Shown: positions 27,265 through 39,740 of the stretch, in pieces
Position numbering within the stretch: position 1 is the first letter of the stretch
How the letters are laid out: every line of letters starts with the position of its first letter
Source: Eledone cirrhosa
Taxonomy: Eukaryota
Direction: 5' to 3'
Length of the DNA stretch: 64,000 nucleotides
Assembly (NCBI GenBank): GCA_964016885.1
Contig: OZ024756.1
Location: 4,402,001-4,466,000, forward strand
Position numbers and translations under genes: made by a program
Notes under the pieces: model-generated
Database searches by the model: none
The model's input: the letters and a program-made list of their open reading frames with translations, nothing else
What the model was told of the DNA's origin: nothing

Positions 27265-28175
27265 TTAGGGCGATCAAAGTAGAATGCGTTAGGTTTAGCA
27301 AGGTTATATTGAGAGAAAAGAATAGACAGAGGGAGAACTAGTTAGAAAAGGAGACGAGATGCTTAGAGAAAGTATCGCGACCGACGGGCAAGCGAGCCAG
27401 ATTCGCCCTCCACCAATTCTTCAACGCTAAGTACGAAGGCTGCGTTGTCAGAGCTAGGGTGCGTGCACTGAGACACGAGGGGGCGAAAGCCGTTCAATGG
27501 ACCTGGTTGGTGAAGGCGTAACGTGGCAACAAAGACACAGTCTTTACTGCACTACGACGGGCACTTTTTGGTTAATCCCGAGCAGATGTGAACAGCTTTT
27601 CAGGAGCACTTCGCTCAACTGTTCGGGAGCAATGGCGAACCGCATCGCGGAATGGACTTTAGTCCCAACCTCGACGGCCTGCCGCAGCTCTAGGAGACTG
27701 AAAGCCGATCACTGCCGCTGAAATACGGGAGGCTATGACTAGCAGCGTGAGGGGTAAATCACCTTGTTTGGATGGTCTGCCCTAAGAACTTTACGTACAC
27801 ATGCCAGACTTGTTCGGTGACCTCTTAGCAGGTATCTACTGCAACTGGCAGCAAAACAGGAGAATTCCCAGTTCTGTGAGCCGAGGAGCGGTGCCACTGC
27901 TGAGAAGGGACCTAAACAAGGGGGACAACGTATACAATGTCAGTCTCATAACTCTGCTGAACGCAGAATTCAAAATTTTGGCCAAGCAATTAGCGATTGT
28001 CGTCGGAAGTCTTGTGGGAGTGGCAGAGACATACGCCATTTCCAACCTTCACCTCATACGACACATTGTGGAGAGGGTAGCTAAGGAACTTGGCACGGGT
28101 AGGGCCCTGATCTATTTAGATCAATCGAAACCTTTCAATGGGTCGACCAACAATACCTTGCGGCCGTCTTTGGGC
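27265..28175 (+). mobile_element. Degraded L1/Tx1-like ORF2 fragment (region preceding and entering RT)
   Basis: KYEGCVVRARVRAL..E, GKSPCLDGLP*ELY, MPDLFG, ITLLNAEFKILAK, ALIYLDQSKPF, with stops and frameshifts. Confidence 0.75.
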
Positions 28176-28731
28176 TCGTTTTCATACTCACAATACACAC
28201 ACATATACACACACACACACATATATATATATACACACACATATATACACGCACATTATATATATTTTATATATACGGCTCGGAAATGTCTCTTTCTTAG
28301 AGCTATTTTATTGTAAGAGACTATTTTGAGTTCCTAACTCAATATATACCTTTGATATATGTATGTATGCATGTATGTGTCTATATATGTGTATGTACAT
28401 ATATACGTAACCATACATATATGGGCATATGTATATATTCATACATGTGTGTGTGTATGTGTGTGTAAGTGTGCGTGTTCATCTACACACACACACACAC
28501 ACAAAGTCTGTATGTTTAGCCAAATGTACATGATTGCACGATATATACTAGTTGGTGTGTGGTGTGTACCTACCACTAAGTAATGACATGTGTTTGTGTG
28601 TGTGACAGTCTGCGTGTGTGTGTGCATGTGACATATATATATGTGTGCATGTATATATGTGTGTGTGTGTGTGTATATGTGCGTGTGAATGTATGTGTGA
28701 CAATCTGAGTGTGTGTGTATGTATGCGTGTT

Positions 28732-28805
<74 letters not shown>

Positions 28806-29496
28806 GTAGTGTGGGTGTAGTTACTGAGCTGTGGTGGAACAGTAAGGATTCACGCAAATTTAATAAATATGAAATAAAAAGTCTTAACATCGTCAAATTG
28901 AAGGAAAGAGATAAAACAGAAGAGTGTGTGGGGGGGGGGGGGTCTTGGGGTTTTTTTTTTAGGCCCCGTCTGTTTGATGGAACCGGGGATGTTTTAGGGA
29001 GCTCTGGGAGAAGGAAAGGGTTTTTTGTGAGGGTGGGGGTGTAGTTTCTGATATCGGGCAAAACGTTTTTAAACCCGTCAAAATATATAAGCAAAGTAGA
29101 TGTAAGATGTTTTGATAAAGAGATATATAGAGAGAAATATGGGGATGTCTCGAGAGAGAGGATGACAGAGACGGGGGAAGCGAAGGGGGTCAGAGAGAGA
29201 AAGAGAAGGGGGACAGAGAGAGAGAGAGGGGGGAGTAGAGAAAGCAAATTGTTGTAGTGGGAATTTAACACGGGGTCCCTTAACAAAAAGTTTAAAAGCT
29301 GTTTTATTTAAATGATAGAACAAGGTACACTGTCAAATGATGCATGAGATTAAACTGACTGGGTCTTCTCTACACCTCCTACGTTCTTAACATAAAAAGA
29401 ACCTCTTATTTTAAACATTATATACATAATTCCAACACAATCGAAAGATGGTCTAGCACGGAAAAGTAGATGTAAGGATGATGATCAGGTCAGGAT

Positions 29497-29547
<51 letters not shown>

Positions 29548-29647
29548 CTTTGCGAGGTTTTTGATATGAAATCTTGTGTCGAAACAAATATTGGTATACT
29601 TGGCGAGGGTCATATTGTTGTAAAACTATTGCCAGAATTAATAACAG

Positions 29648-29745
29648 AACACACTCTAGATTCACCTGATCAATGAAACAATTGTCAATACCTGAAATAA
29701 AGCCCCTTATTGTACAGCCAACCATGTTACTCTTTATTCTTTCAC
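29648..29745 (+). mobile_element. 3' part of hammerhead element family E
   Basis: ctctagattcacctgatcaat-GAAA-caattg-TC-aatacc...ctttcac then (TA)n. An inverted related copy lies at 33468-33633. Confidence 0.6.
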
Positions 29746-31047
29746 TATATATATATATAACGAAGGAAATGTGGTAAGGAACCAGGTGGACCATAACGCA
29801 CCAAAGTACTCAATACTTGAGGTAGTAGAGTGGGTAATAGGAACCAGTAAGACCCCGACAGCTGAGCTCAAGCCGTTTCGACGGCTAATTCTGGACTAAA
29901 TGAAAATTTATCCTGGTATTTAAATAGCCGATCTTCTCAAGGGGTAATTCCATATATGGTCAAAGTGATTGTCAAAAATCAGTAGTAATTCTGTGGTTGC
30001 AAATTAGTAGGGGAGATGGTGGCTAAACCTGCCAGTAGGAGAAAGAGGGGAGGGGTGGAGTAGACCCAATCAAGCGTTGGTAGTGCCAGCTACAGCTGGG
30101 CATGAGGTCAAAGAAGATACAGGGGAGGAGGAGGGGGAGGAAGTCGGAACGGTAGGTAGAACAATGGGGGGTAGAAATAGGAAAGAAAAAATACTGAGAG
30201 TGAAGAAAAGCAAATAAGTGTAAAGAAAAAAGTAAAGTAAATTAAATTCTACGACCTAGGTCTCAGGCTATTGTTAGGCTAGAATAAAATAAAGAAAGAA
30301 AGAAAGAAGTAAAGAAAGAAATAAATAAAGAAATAACGAAATAAGTAAAAGAACTAGGTGGGACGGATTAGGCAAGGACCCTTTTAAGAGGTATAAGTAC
30401 GTAAATGATACGGTGACAGGTCAACAAAAGGGGCCAAAATACTAAAGAGACTACCACGAAATAAACAATAAAGGTTTCCATCCCGGGCCAGCAACGACCC
30501 AGTGCAGCAAAGTGAACTTGTACGAGATAATAATTCTGAGTCCCGAGAAAAATATATACTAATGCTAACTCTAAAAGATCTAAAACAAGCTACATGAAAG
30601 TTCGTACGAAATAAAGGTAGAATACGGAGAAATAAATTCAGAATCCACCCCGCCCAGAAGAAAAGCGAAGCAAGAAATACTGAAACGAAAAAATAAGGCA
30701 TAAGTGCCACTAAGAAATATAGAGGGCACCGAGAATAGTGGGAGCGGTCGGAAAAATGGGGCAAGTATCCGGGGTCTAAGCCAACTGCTATAAAGGGCGG
30801 AGTCCGCCAAATCTATCATAGACTAGGGGAGGGGGTGGTGGGGGTACTAAGGCTACATGGGGCCAAAGGGCAGCCTCGGGTGGGCGAGAAAAGACGCCGA
30901 CAAAGGAGAAGAGCTGGGGCAGAAGGACTAAGGAGAGAGGGGGGAAGGAAATAAAGGAAGCGATAAAAGAATACAAAGAAGATCTTACGTCTTCCTTGGC
31001 AAGCAGGGGTTACCCATTGCAAAATCGGCAAGTGGGGTGTTATAGCC

Positions 31048-32472
31048 CTAGTCTACCCCCCCCCCCCCCCCCGGGTCATTATGGGGTTTGAGGGCGAGGT
31101 AAGTCCTACGCAATCTATGTTTACATGCAGTGACCAGTTCATCTTTCTTGTTTAGGAGTTGGTCCGTCGAAAACAGCATTTGTAAAGTTTCCTCCGATAA
31201 TAAATTGCACGGACGGCGTCCTCCCGTGTAAGAATTGGCTCTGGACAGTAATCTCCAAGTGAGATCATAGGTGATGTTGTTGTCCTTGAGGTCCCATATG
31301 TGGCCCGAAAGTGTAGTGGCGTGACGCCGGGCCGGGTTTCGGAAGGTATGTCTATGTTGGTATAGCCGGGTCTTGAAGTCACATGCGGTAAGTCCTATAT
31401 AGGCTTTGTTGGAGGTATCCGTCCTCACGTTGCACTGGTAGATCACATTACGGTCTCTGCATCTATTGTCGAGTGGGCAAATAGATCTATCCGGGCAGTT
31501 ACACCTCCTGGTCGGTTCTCCACTGCTACTTAGGTTATTTCTGCCATCGGGGTTGAGTTTTTTGTTGTTAGAGGAGACGATGTTTTGTGCGAAGTTTGGT
31601 GTAGTGCTGTAAGAGAGTTTGATGGTATTTTTGTTAATTATGTTGTGGTAGCGGTGTTGTAATGGGAAGTGTTTTTCAATGAGCCTAAAGAATAGTTTCC
31701 CGATGGGAGTTGTCACCTCTGCGTTGTGGGGAGGATTGAACCATGTTACATTGCGTGAGCGGCGGTGTCTCCTGCTGGTTCCGCTAATGGGAGCTGGACA
31801 GTAGGATATTTCCTCCCGGAAACCACTCCGCTTGAGGGCCTGGTTGTAATAAGGCGCATGTTCATCGAATATCCGCTCATTAGCTGACAAACGGGATATG
31901 CGGAGGGAGATGTTTTTGACCAGGTTGTTTGTGATGTTCCTAGGATGGTTTGATCGGCGGTGGATGTAGTTCAGATTGTCATTAGGTTTCCTGTATGGGT
32001 AGTACAGGTCGTTTTCGAGGTCGAGGGTCACGTCCAGGAAGTTTACTCGGGTCAGGGACGTTTGTAGGGTTATTTTAAATCCCCAGTCGCGGAAGAATCT
32101 GATTAATTGTTTCCGGACCCGATCTGTACTACTGGGGTTGTACCCTTTAAGGGTAAGGAGCCCATCATCACGGTACAATCCACCACCGAATGCAGGAAAC
32201 ATATCAGTGAGTTTGGCTATTAGGAATAATCCTATAAGATCTGTGACCTCCGCCGAATCCGTGGCGCCCATGCTGACGTCGAAGGGTGAGTCGGGAGCTC
32301 TTTTTATCCATTTAGAGTCGTCAAAGAGTAAGACTGTCTTCCTGGCGTGGAGGATGATTTTTCTTTCCTGGTCGGTGATGGGCACAAGTGTTTCGGCGAA
32401 GTCCAAGGCGGCAGTAAGTAGCGGTAAGGTGATTGAAGCATAGTAGCTCTCTATGTCGAACTGTATGAATTT
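31048..32472 (-). CDS. PLE reverse transcriptase (partial) plus GIY-YIG endonuclease; uninterrupted frame, N-terminus lost by truncation
   Basis: KFIQFDIESYYASI (RT motif A, upstream of the called start), FDVSMG, LYRDDGL, VNFLDV, SNHP, WFNPP, CNC-x5-CP-x4-C, VIY...YIGLT...FKTRLYQH, LLNKKDELVTACKH. Confidence 0.92.
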   Translation of the reverse strand, partial: KFIQFDIESYYASITLPLLTAALDFAETLVPITDQERKIILHARKTVLLFDDSKWIKRAPDSPFDVSMGATDSAEVTDLIGLFLIAKLTDMFPAFGGGLYRDDGLLTLKGYNPSSTDRVRKQLIRFFRDWGFKITLQTSLTRVNFLDVTLDLENDLYYPYRKPNDNLNYIHRRSNHPRNITNNLVKNISLRISRLSANERIFDEHAPYYNQALKRSGFREEISYCPAPISGTSRRHRRSRNVTWFNPPHNAEVTTPIGKLFFRLIEKHFPLQHRYHNIINKNTIKLSYSTTPNFAQNIVSSNNKKLNPDGRNNLSSSGEPTRRCNCPDRSICPLDNRCRDRNVIYQCNVRTDTSNKAYIGLTACDFKTRLYQHRHTFRNPARRHATTLSGHIWDLKDNNITYDLTWRLLSRANSYTGGRRPCNLLSEETLQMLFSTDQLLNKKDELVTACKHRLRRTYLALKPHNDPGGGGGVD

Positions 32473-32818
32473 ATTTTATTCTAGCCTAACAATAGCCTGA
32501 GACCTAGGTCGTAGAATTTAATTTACTTTACTTTTTTCTTTACACTTATTTGCTTTTCTTCACTCTCAGTATTTTTTCTTTCCTATTTCTACCCCCCATT
32601 GTTCTACCTACCGTTCCGACTTCCTCCCCCTCCCCCTCCCCTGTATCTTCTTTGACCTCATGCCCAGCTGTAGCTGGCACTACCAACGCTTGATTGGGTC
32701 TACTCCACCCCCTCCCCTCTTTCTCCTACTGGCAAGTTTAGCCACCAACTCCTCTACTAATTTGCAACCACAGAATTACTACTGATTTTTGACAATCACT
32801 TTGACCATATATGGAATT

Positions 32819-32912
32819 ACCCCTTGAGAAGATCGGTTATTTAAATACCAGGATAAATTTTCATTTAGTCCAGAATTAGCCGTCGAAACGGCTTGAGCTC
32901 AGCTGTCGGGGT
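32819..32912 (+). ncRNA. Hammerhead motif with compensatory U3-A8 core (UUGAGAA) in the pLTR; second copy on the minus strand at 29852-29945
   Basis: acccc-TTGAGAA-gatcggttatt...aattagccgtc-GAAA-cggct tgagctc agctg-TC-ggggt. All three stems can be drawn, with a GUC cleavage triplet. Confidence 0.75.
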
Positions 32913-32922
32913 CTTACTGGTT

Positions 32923-32957
<35 letters not shown>

Positions 32958-33192
32958 CAAGGAGACAACAGAGATACAAAGTCTTATTGTTTCACGCTTT
33001 ATACGGAAATGGGGAAAGAAATTTCGACGTCTACTTAAGATATTACTATATATTTTTAACCGTTCAACAGAGGTATACAGTCCTGATGAAGGGTAATGAC
33101 CCAAAGACATTGTTCCTCAAAGCCAGTGTTGAAGAAACAGGTGACGATTAGTCACCGGCATGGCATAGCTTCAAATCGGGCCCTTTATTGTG

Positions 33193-33378
33193 AATTGGCA
33201 GTATCGGTAGAGGGTTGGACGCCATGCTTTCCAGTATAGTTATTTCCCTTTACGGTCTGAGTTCAAATCCCGTCGAGATTAACTTTGCCTTTCATCCTTA
33301 CGAGGTCGATAAAATAAAGTACCAGTAATGTACTGTATAATTGCTGGCCTTGTGCCAAAACTAGAAACAATTATTATT
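33193..33378 (+). mobile_element. SINE S1 inserted into a family D element
   Basis: A and B boxes plus core. The family D sequence resumes afterwards (ggtgttcgatataaccca). Confidence 0.85.
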
Positions 33379-33420
33379 GGTGTTCGATATAACCCATACG
33401 TACATATGTGTATGCATATA

Positions 33421-33472
<52 letters not shown>

Positions 33473-33522
33473 AAGAATGAAGAGTAACATGGTTGGCTGT
33501 ACAACAAGGGGTTTTATTTCAG

Positions 33523-33633
33523 GTATTAACAATTGTTTCATTGATCAGGTGAGTCTAGAGGCCGCTAATCACTCGAAGTTGCGTCACTCGATCTCCATTA
33601 CATTATTTACCTCTGATCAAATCCTCAGAAATC
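33523..33633 (-). ncRNA. Hammerhead-like motif with a long loop II (family E)
   Basis: Minus strand: CTGAGGA-tttgatcagaggt...(~55 nt)...acctgatcaat-GAAA-caattg-TT-aat. Stem I is weak. Confidence 0.5.
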
Positions 33634-33809
33634 TATGGAAACATCTTGTTGTGTCAAACAAAGCCGTACGTTAAAACTATCCACGAGGCAGAGTACTCAC
33701 AACTTCTAACTGAATTACCTATAACGATAACTTGTTATCTCATATATATACATATATATATACATATATATATATACATATATATATACATATATATATA
33801 CTGAATAAT

Positions 33810-33856
33810 TGCTCCGAAGACTCCAAACCTCGGTTTGGAAGAAACAATTGTAAGCA
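33810..33856 (+). ncRNA. Hammerhead motif, U4C variant (family C relative) in a ~90-bp insert between (TA)n tracts
   Basis: tgct-CCGAAGA-ctccaaacc tc ggtttggaa-GAAA-caattg-TA-agca. Confidence 0.65.
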
Positions 33857-33891
33857 GATAAATGATTTAAACAGAACTTTGTTTCATGTAA

Positions 33892-33994
<103 letters not shown>

Positions 33995-34011
33995 GTGTGT
34001 GTATATATGTA

Positions 34012-35657
34012 GAAGAGATATTTAATTTGTTGGAAATCCAACAAATATAGATGTTTATAACTAATTCAGAGCACTCGACAGTTTCTGGAGTAAGTATTCA
34101 ATGATATTAAATAAATGGAAACTATATTTATAAAACCATATTTATTCTATTATATATATTTCAAGGGTACCAACAATTTTGGTACGCTATCATCAGATAA
34201 AATACCAAATGTTTTATAAATATTTGTCATGACCAAGGATAATATACCTTAACGGTTCAAGTTATCCCTGGAAAGTGAAGGGAAGAGAGAAGAAAAGTCA
34301 GATATTTAAAATGATTAATATGAGTATGCAAATGATGTTTATATTAAAGGGCTGAAAAAACGTTATTTTAGACGCTATTTTAGACGCTAAATATTTATGA
34401 TAAGGAAGAGAAAGAGAAAAGAATAACGTTAATTTGGGGGAAAAGATTTTTGTTACCTATATGATGAGTTATAAAATTATATGAAGAATTATGGTTGTAA
34501 GTATTTTTATCTTATTACATTAGGATAGGTTATATGTATATAAATATCTCTATATATATATTAATAAGTTGCGTATGCATTGATTGTTTATATAAACAAA
34601 TATGAGTTACGAGGGATGTTGAAAATTTTATTTTCAAGTTGTGAGATTAGAATAATTTGTGGATTAAAAAATGTTCAACATTGAGAATGTTTTCAGAATA
34701 TTGTTAATTTAACGAAGCTATATAAATTATCAAACTAATATTGTTAAAGAAGAAGGAAAAGGAAGACTACTTGGACGTTAATTTAGGGGAAATATATTCA
34801 GACATTTATCTAACATATCTATATTTATATTGAGAATTATTTATCTTATTATAATAATATATAAATATATATATATATATTTTAATAATAGCATGTGTGT
34901 TTTTTTTATTAAAAGGATAGTTTGTTTATAATATGAGTTACGAGGGATGTTGATTTATAAATAAATAAATAAATAGGTGTTTGTTCCTAATATAAGTTAC
35001 TAGGGATGTTGATTTTATGTAAATAAATAGGTAGTTACAATTGATAAGGTTAAATTAACGGAGTTATGTATAAACAGTTTTTATGATTGAAAGAAGGAAA
35101 GATAACTCCAATTTTTTTTATTAATCGCTAGTGTGGGATTAATTATTTATTCTAAAGAAATATGAATATTTAAACATCATCCTGAATAGGATACATTTTA
35201 CTAAAAACAGTTAATGGTTATTAATCTACATTTAAAAATTAGCTTTAGAGGGTGTCATTAAAAAAATAAAAATTAAGAAAAAAGAATTAAAGAATTTAAA
35301 ATAATTAAAATTAAAATTAAAATTAGAATTATATAGAAGTACATAATGTAGAAGTACATAAATATATATACATACACACGTATATATATATTATAAGAAA
35401 TTTTAAAGACATTTTGATTTAGAGATTTTAATATATTAAAAGTATTAAAAATATATAATTTTGTATTTTATCTGATGATAGCGTACCAAAATTGTTGGTA
35501 CCCTTGAAATATATATAATAGAATAAATATGGTTTTATAAATATAGTTTCCATTTATTTAATATCATTGAATACTTACTCCAGAAACATATTGAGTGCTC
35601 TGAATCAGTTGTAAACATCTATATTTGTTGGATTTCCAACAAATTAAATATCTCTTC
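34012..35657. mobile_element. Non-coding 1.65-kb element with ~195-bp terminal inverted repeats (family B relative), each with a hammerhead (34143-34204 minus; 35464-35525 plus)
   Basis: tattttat-CTGATGA-tagcgtaccaa aattg ttggtaccctt-GAAA-tatata-TA-atagaata. AT-rich interior with no ORF of 60 aa or more. TA tracts outside. Confidence 0.8.
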
Positions 35658-35710
<53 letters not shown>

Positions 35711-35714
<4 letters not shown>

Positions 35715-35888
35715 GAGCTTCTACAGGACTAGAACTGTTTCATTCGTGAAATCATCAGGGAGCTAATGATTTCTCACGTATGAAACAGTTCTAGTCCTGT
35801 AGAAGCTCTTCTATATTAAAACTGTTATACTCTGCTATGTATTGAGTACCTTACTTACTGTGGTTACCTCCGATTCAACCCGGAATAA

Positions 35889-35890
<2 letters not shown>
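35711..35890 (+). mobile_element. Fold-back element family A, second copy
   Basis: Same arms and tail as 1171-1356 but a different central junction. Pure (TA)n on both sides. Confidence 0.8.
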
Positions 35891-35945
<55 letters not shown>

Positions 35946-36291
35946 ACAGGGAGAAAGAGATGATTATGAGGAAGAAAAATATTTTTTTTTTCCTTTTTTG
36001 TTTCTCTCTCTCTCTTTTCTGGGTTAGAAAATGATTAAAACGAAATATTTTACTGTTATATATATATATCCATATATCCACATATATCAATTATTAGTGT
36101 ATATATAAAATTTTCTTTTTTGTGTGGTATAGTGTGGCGCCATTTTTGTTAGAGTTTCCATTTTCTAGGTTATTAAGCAATGTTTATACACATATATAAA
36201 CTAACTCTCACCAACTTAATTATTGAGATGAATTATAAACAATGTAGTCACGTTATGCATCGACACACTTCCATCTGATATACACTCCCTT

Positions 36292-36352
<61 letters not shown>

Positions 36353-36483
36353 GTGTGTGTGTGTGTTTGTAGAAACATTTCTCTCTCATTTTCTACCCCC
36401 TCTGTCTCTTTCTTTTCTTTCTCACTCGCTAGAAGACGCAGCACAGAATTAATTGTATGTATATAGATTTATTTGATTATAGC

Positions 36484-36514
<31 letters not shown>

Positions 36515-36601
36515 CATACACACACACACATTTATATTCATTCACATACAATCACACATACACATATAATTATATATATATACATGTATATTGTATATAT
36601 A

Positions 36602-36633
<32 letters not shown>

Positions 36634-36851
36634 GAGGAGCTGTAATTTTAATTAGACAAACTAGTGAAATGTATAGACACTTCAGTGTCTAGAATTCATA
36701 AACATTTTGTCAGCCATATTGAAAGTTGATGGTCATGTGATGGCAGTTATGAAGTCATTTCTTCTTAATGATTACAACATGTGAAGAAGATTTGTTAGTA
36801 AACATTATTATCTTCACTAATATAATGATATAAATGAGACAACACATTGCC

Positions 36852-36926
<75 letters not shown>

Positions 36927-36970
36927 ATATACAACAGAAAATAATCAAATTTTTGTTTAATGCATTTAAT

Positions 36971-37017
36971 TGCTAACGATCGTTTCTTCCAGACAAATCT
37001 CATGATTCATCGGAGCA
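36971..37017 (-). ncRNA. Hammerhead motif, U4C variant (CCGATGA)
   Basis: Minus strand: tgct-CCGATGA-atcatgagatttgtctggaa-GAAA-cgatcg-TT-agca. Confidence 0.6.
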
Positions 37018-37140
37018 TATACAATGTTAAAACAAATAAATTCCTAAACTTTAGAACATTCATTAAGATATATCATATTTGAGAAGATTAATTATAATTA
37101 TTAGTGTCAGTTACAATATACTGAAGAATAAGAGCAAATT

Positions 37141-37757
37141 AACATTATAATGAAAAGATAGTAAAATATTGAAAAGTATTATAAAATGAAGCTGTTTTGA
37201 AACTATATGATATAAACAAGTAAGATAATTGTGTAGTGATAGCATACATATAGGTTTATATATTATAAGCATTATAAGACGTATTTGTAATAGGCGAAGG
37301 TATTTATGCAAAAAAGTTTTATGACACAGCAACAAAGACATCTAATTACTACTACAACTGTCATCACAACATTCAAGGGGGACCTTATAATCCATACCTT
37401 TGGATTAAATGTTTGTTTTATATATTTTTTGGAACTTTACAACTCTAAACTTATTGCTTACATATGTCACAACTATAGATATTAACATTTTCTACATAAA
37501 CTTTTCAAAACTTTTGTATAAATATCTTCGCCTATAACTAATACATTTTATAATGCTTATAATATCTAACACCTCTATGTATGCTATCACTATACAATTA
37601 TCTCACCTTTATTGCATGTTCTCTGCTATCATTTATATTCTTGGTATGTTATTCTTGATATAATGTTTTATAAGTAATATCCCTTACATATATCATATAG
37701 CTTCAAAACAGCTTCTCTATAATACTTTTCAATATTTTACTATTTTTTCATTATAAT
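37141..37757. repeat. Old, diverged inverted repeat (37141-37320 vs 37507-37757)
   Basis: cattataatgaaaa-atagtaaaatattgaaaagtattata / tataatacttttcaatattttactattttttcattataat; ataggcgaagRtatttat / ataaatatcttcgcctat. Confidence 0.65.
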
Positions 37758-37941
37758 TGTTTCTACTTTAGGCACAAGTCCAGCAATTACCCAGTGCATT
37801 ACTGGTACTTTATTTTATCGACCCCGTAAGGATGAAAGGCAAAGTCAACCTCGGCGGGATTTGAACTCAGATCGTAAAGGGACGTAACTATGCTGGAAAG
37901 CATGGCGTCCGATCCTCCACCGATACTGCCAATCCACCGCC
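37758..37941 (-). mobile_element. Full-length SINE S1 with 16-bp target-site duplication
   Basis: attttttcattataat at 37742-37757 and 37942-37957. The body is the reverse complement of S1. Confidence 0.92.
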
Positions 37942-38019
37942 ATTTTTTCATTATAATGTTCGACATTCGCAGTCCTGGTTAATCGAAGAATTTTCCTAAA
38001 AACCTATTTAATAATTATT

Positions 38020-38294
38020 CGTGTAAAATTCCGCGGAATCGTAAATATCTTCCGCAATTTTTTAATGGCTTTTGTCGTGGCAATATATATTTTTTAACGC
38101 TAAATTATTAACAACAATATACCGTATTTGCCTGTCTATTGGACGCATAAGTCGTTCCCTTTTTTTAAATTATATTTTACGTTATATATTAACGTTTATA
38201 GGCATTTTTATGGACCACGTCCAATATTCGCGGTTTTTCACTCTTCGCGAAAGCTCTCGGTACGTAACCGCTGCGAATACCAAGAGACAACTCG
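38020..38294. mobile_element. Possible degraded pogo/Tigger-like DNA transposon end
   Basis: ttcgcggtttttcactcttcgcg...ggtacgtaaccgctgcgaatac..gag..aact resembles the terminal inverted repeat region of Tigger-like MITEs. This is recognition from memory only. Confidence 0.35.
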
Positions 38295-38296
38295 CG

Positions 38297-38336
<40 letters not shown>

Positions 38337-38859
38337 GTGTATATGTATATGTATGTGTGTGTGTGTAAATGAAAATAGAGAAATTATTGTAAGCAAGAAG
38401 CCAACAGTAATTCAGACATATAAGTGACTATTACGTCAAGATGAAAAATATTTAACGTAAGATATGGGAAAATAATTTAATCCCAATTCAAAACAAGTCA
38501 AGACCAGAAATTTTATCCACAGATTTTGTGTAATCCGGGGAAAAAACCAATAGAATCTTAACTCAAAATAAAATTAAGAGTAAATACTTATCCGTCAATT
38601 TAGATATATATATATATATATACGTGTGTGTGTGTGTGTTTATATAGTGAGAGAGATGAGAGCGCATGTATTTTATGTACCTCCGTGCATTCGTGTATGT
38701 ATGCATATAATGAGAAGCGAGAGATAGGATAATAGAGAAAGAGAGAGACTGACAATTATATATGAACGATATTATTTATCAAGTGGGTGTCAAAATTAGT
38801 AAGACGAGGATGAGGGGGGGGGTTATAATCAGTTTGTACTGGAGTGTCCCTGCATGTTC

Positions 38860-39210
38860 TCCCCACCCACTACTACCACTACCTCTAACACCAACACCAC
38901 CTCCAACACCACAAACACCATCACTCCAGCTCGTACACCACCACCTCCACCAACAACACCACAAACATCATCACCACCTCCAACACCAACACCGCCTCCA
39001 ACGACACCACAAACATCATCACCACCTCCAACACCTCCAACGCCTCCAACACCACCATCTCCTGCAACACCACAGCCTCCAACCCAACCACCACCATCTC
39101 CAACCCAACCAACACCATCTCCAACACCACCAGCACCAGCACCACCATCACCATCTCAAACACCTCAACACGACCATGAACACCGCCTTCACCACCACCA
39201 CCACCACACA
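38860..39210. repeat. (CCA/ACC)n-like low-complexity repeat
   Basis: Direct reading of the sequence. Confidence 0.9.
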
Positions 39211-39403
39211 CGTACACCTTTTCTATTTCTCAGTAACTGACAACAGTCAAAGAGTGGAAAAGTTAAGCTGACATCTTTCAATAAACATTCCATCGTTTTA
39301 ATCTCAGTAAAATTGTTGGTTTGGCAGAAATGGGAGTTATCTGGAACATTCTAGCGCTGGTCTTGTAATGTTTCGTGGTTATACTAGTTCTGTAAATACA
39401 CAC

Positions 39404-39740
39404 GGTATGGCGTAGTGGTTAGGAGGCTGGACTTCGTGATCGTAAGTTCGTGAGATCAATTCCCAGACCAGGCATATTCCCACTCGATCTACGCGTTGCC
39501 TCAATGGACTACGACATTTTATTTCACGTTGCTTCGGATCAAAAATGAATTGTACACAAACCTGTAACCTAAATGACCAGCTTTGTCACGCTGAATCAGG
39601 CTGTATGTCGCTGAATCTCGCTGTATGGCGTTGAAGGTGTGAGCCTGTCTATTGATAGCTCAGACACATGAACGTTAATCACACGCTCACGAGAAAGCAA
39701 CTTCCGTTGATTGAATCCACTAAAGCACTCAATCAAGCAA
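39404..39740 (+). mobile_element. Degenerate tRNA-derived SINE (S2-related)
   Basis: tggcgtagtggtt A box, gagatcaattccc B-box-like, ttatttcacgttgct shared with the 14315 copy. Confidence 0.55.

Larger units (their letters stand above)
29760..32927 (-). mobile_element. Penelope-like element, Nematis-like, 5'-truncated with an inverted pLTR copy at its 5' end, inserted in (TA)n
   Basis: Coding region 31048-32472. Inverted repeats 29837-30293 / 32470-32927 are nearly identical. Unpaired 3' tail 29760-29836. (TA)n on both sides. Confidence 0.92.
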
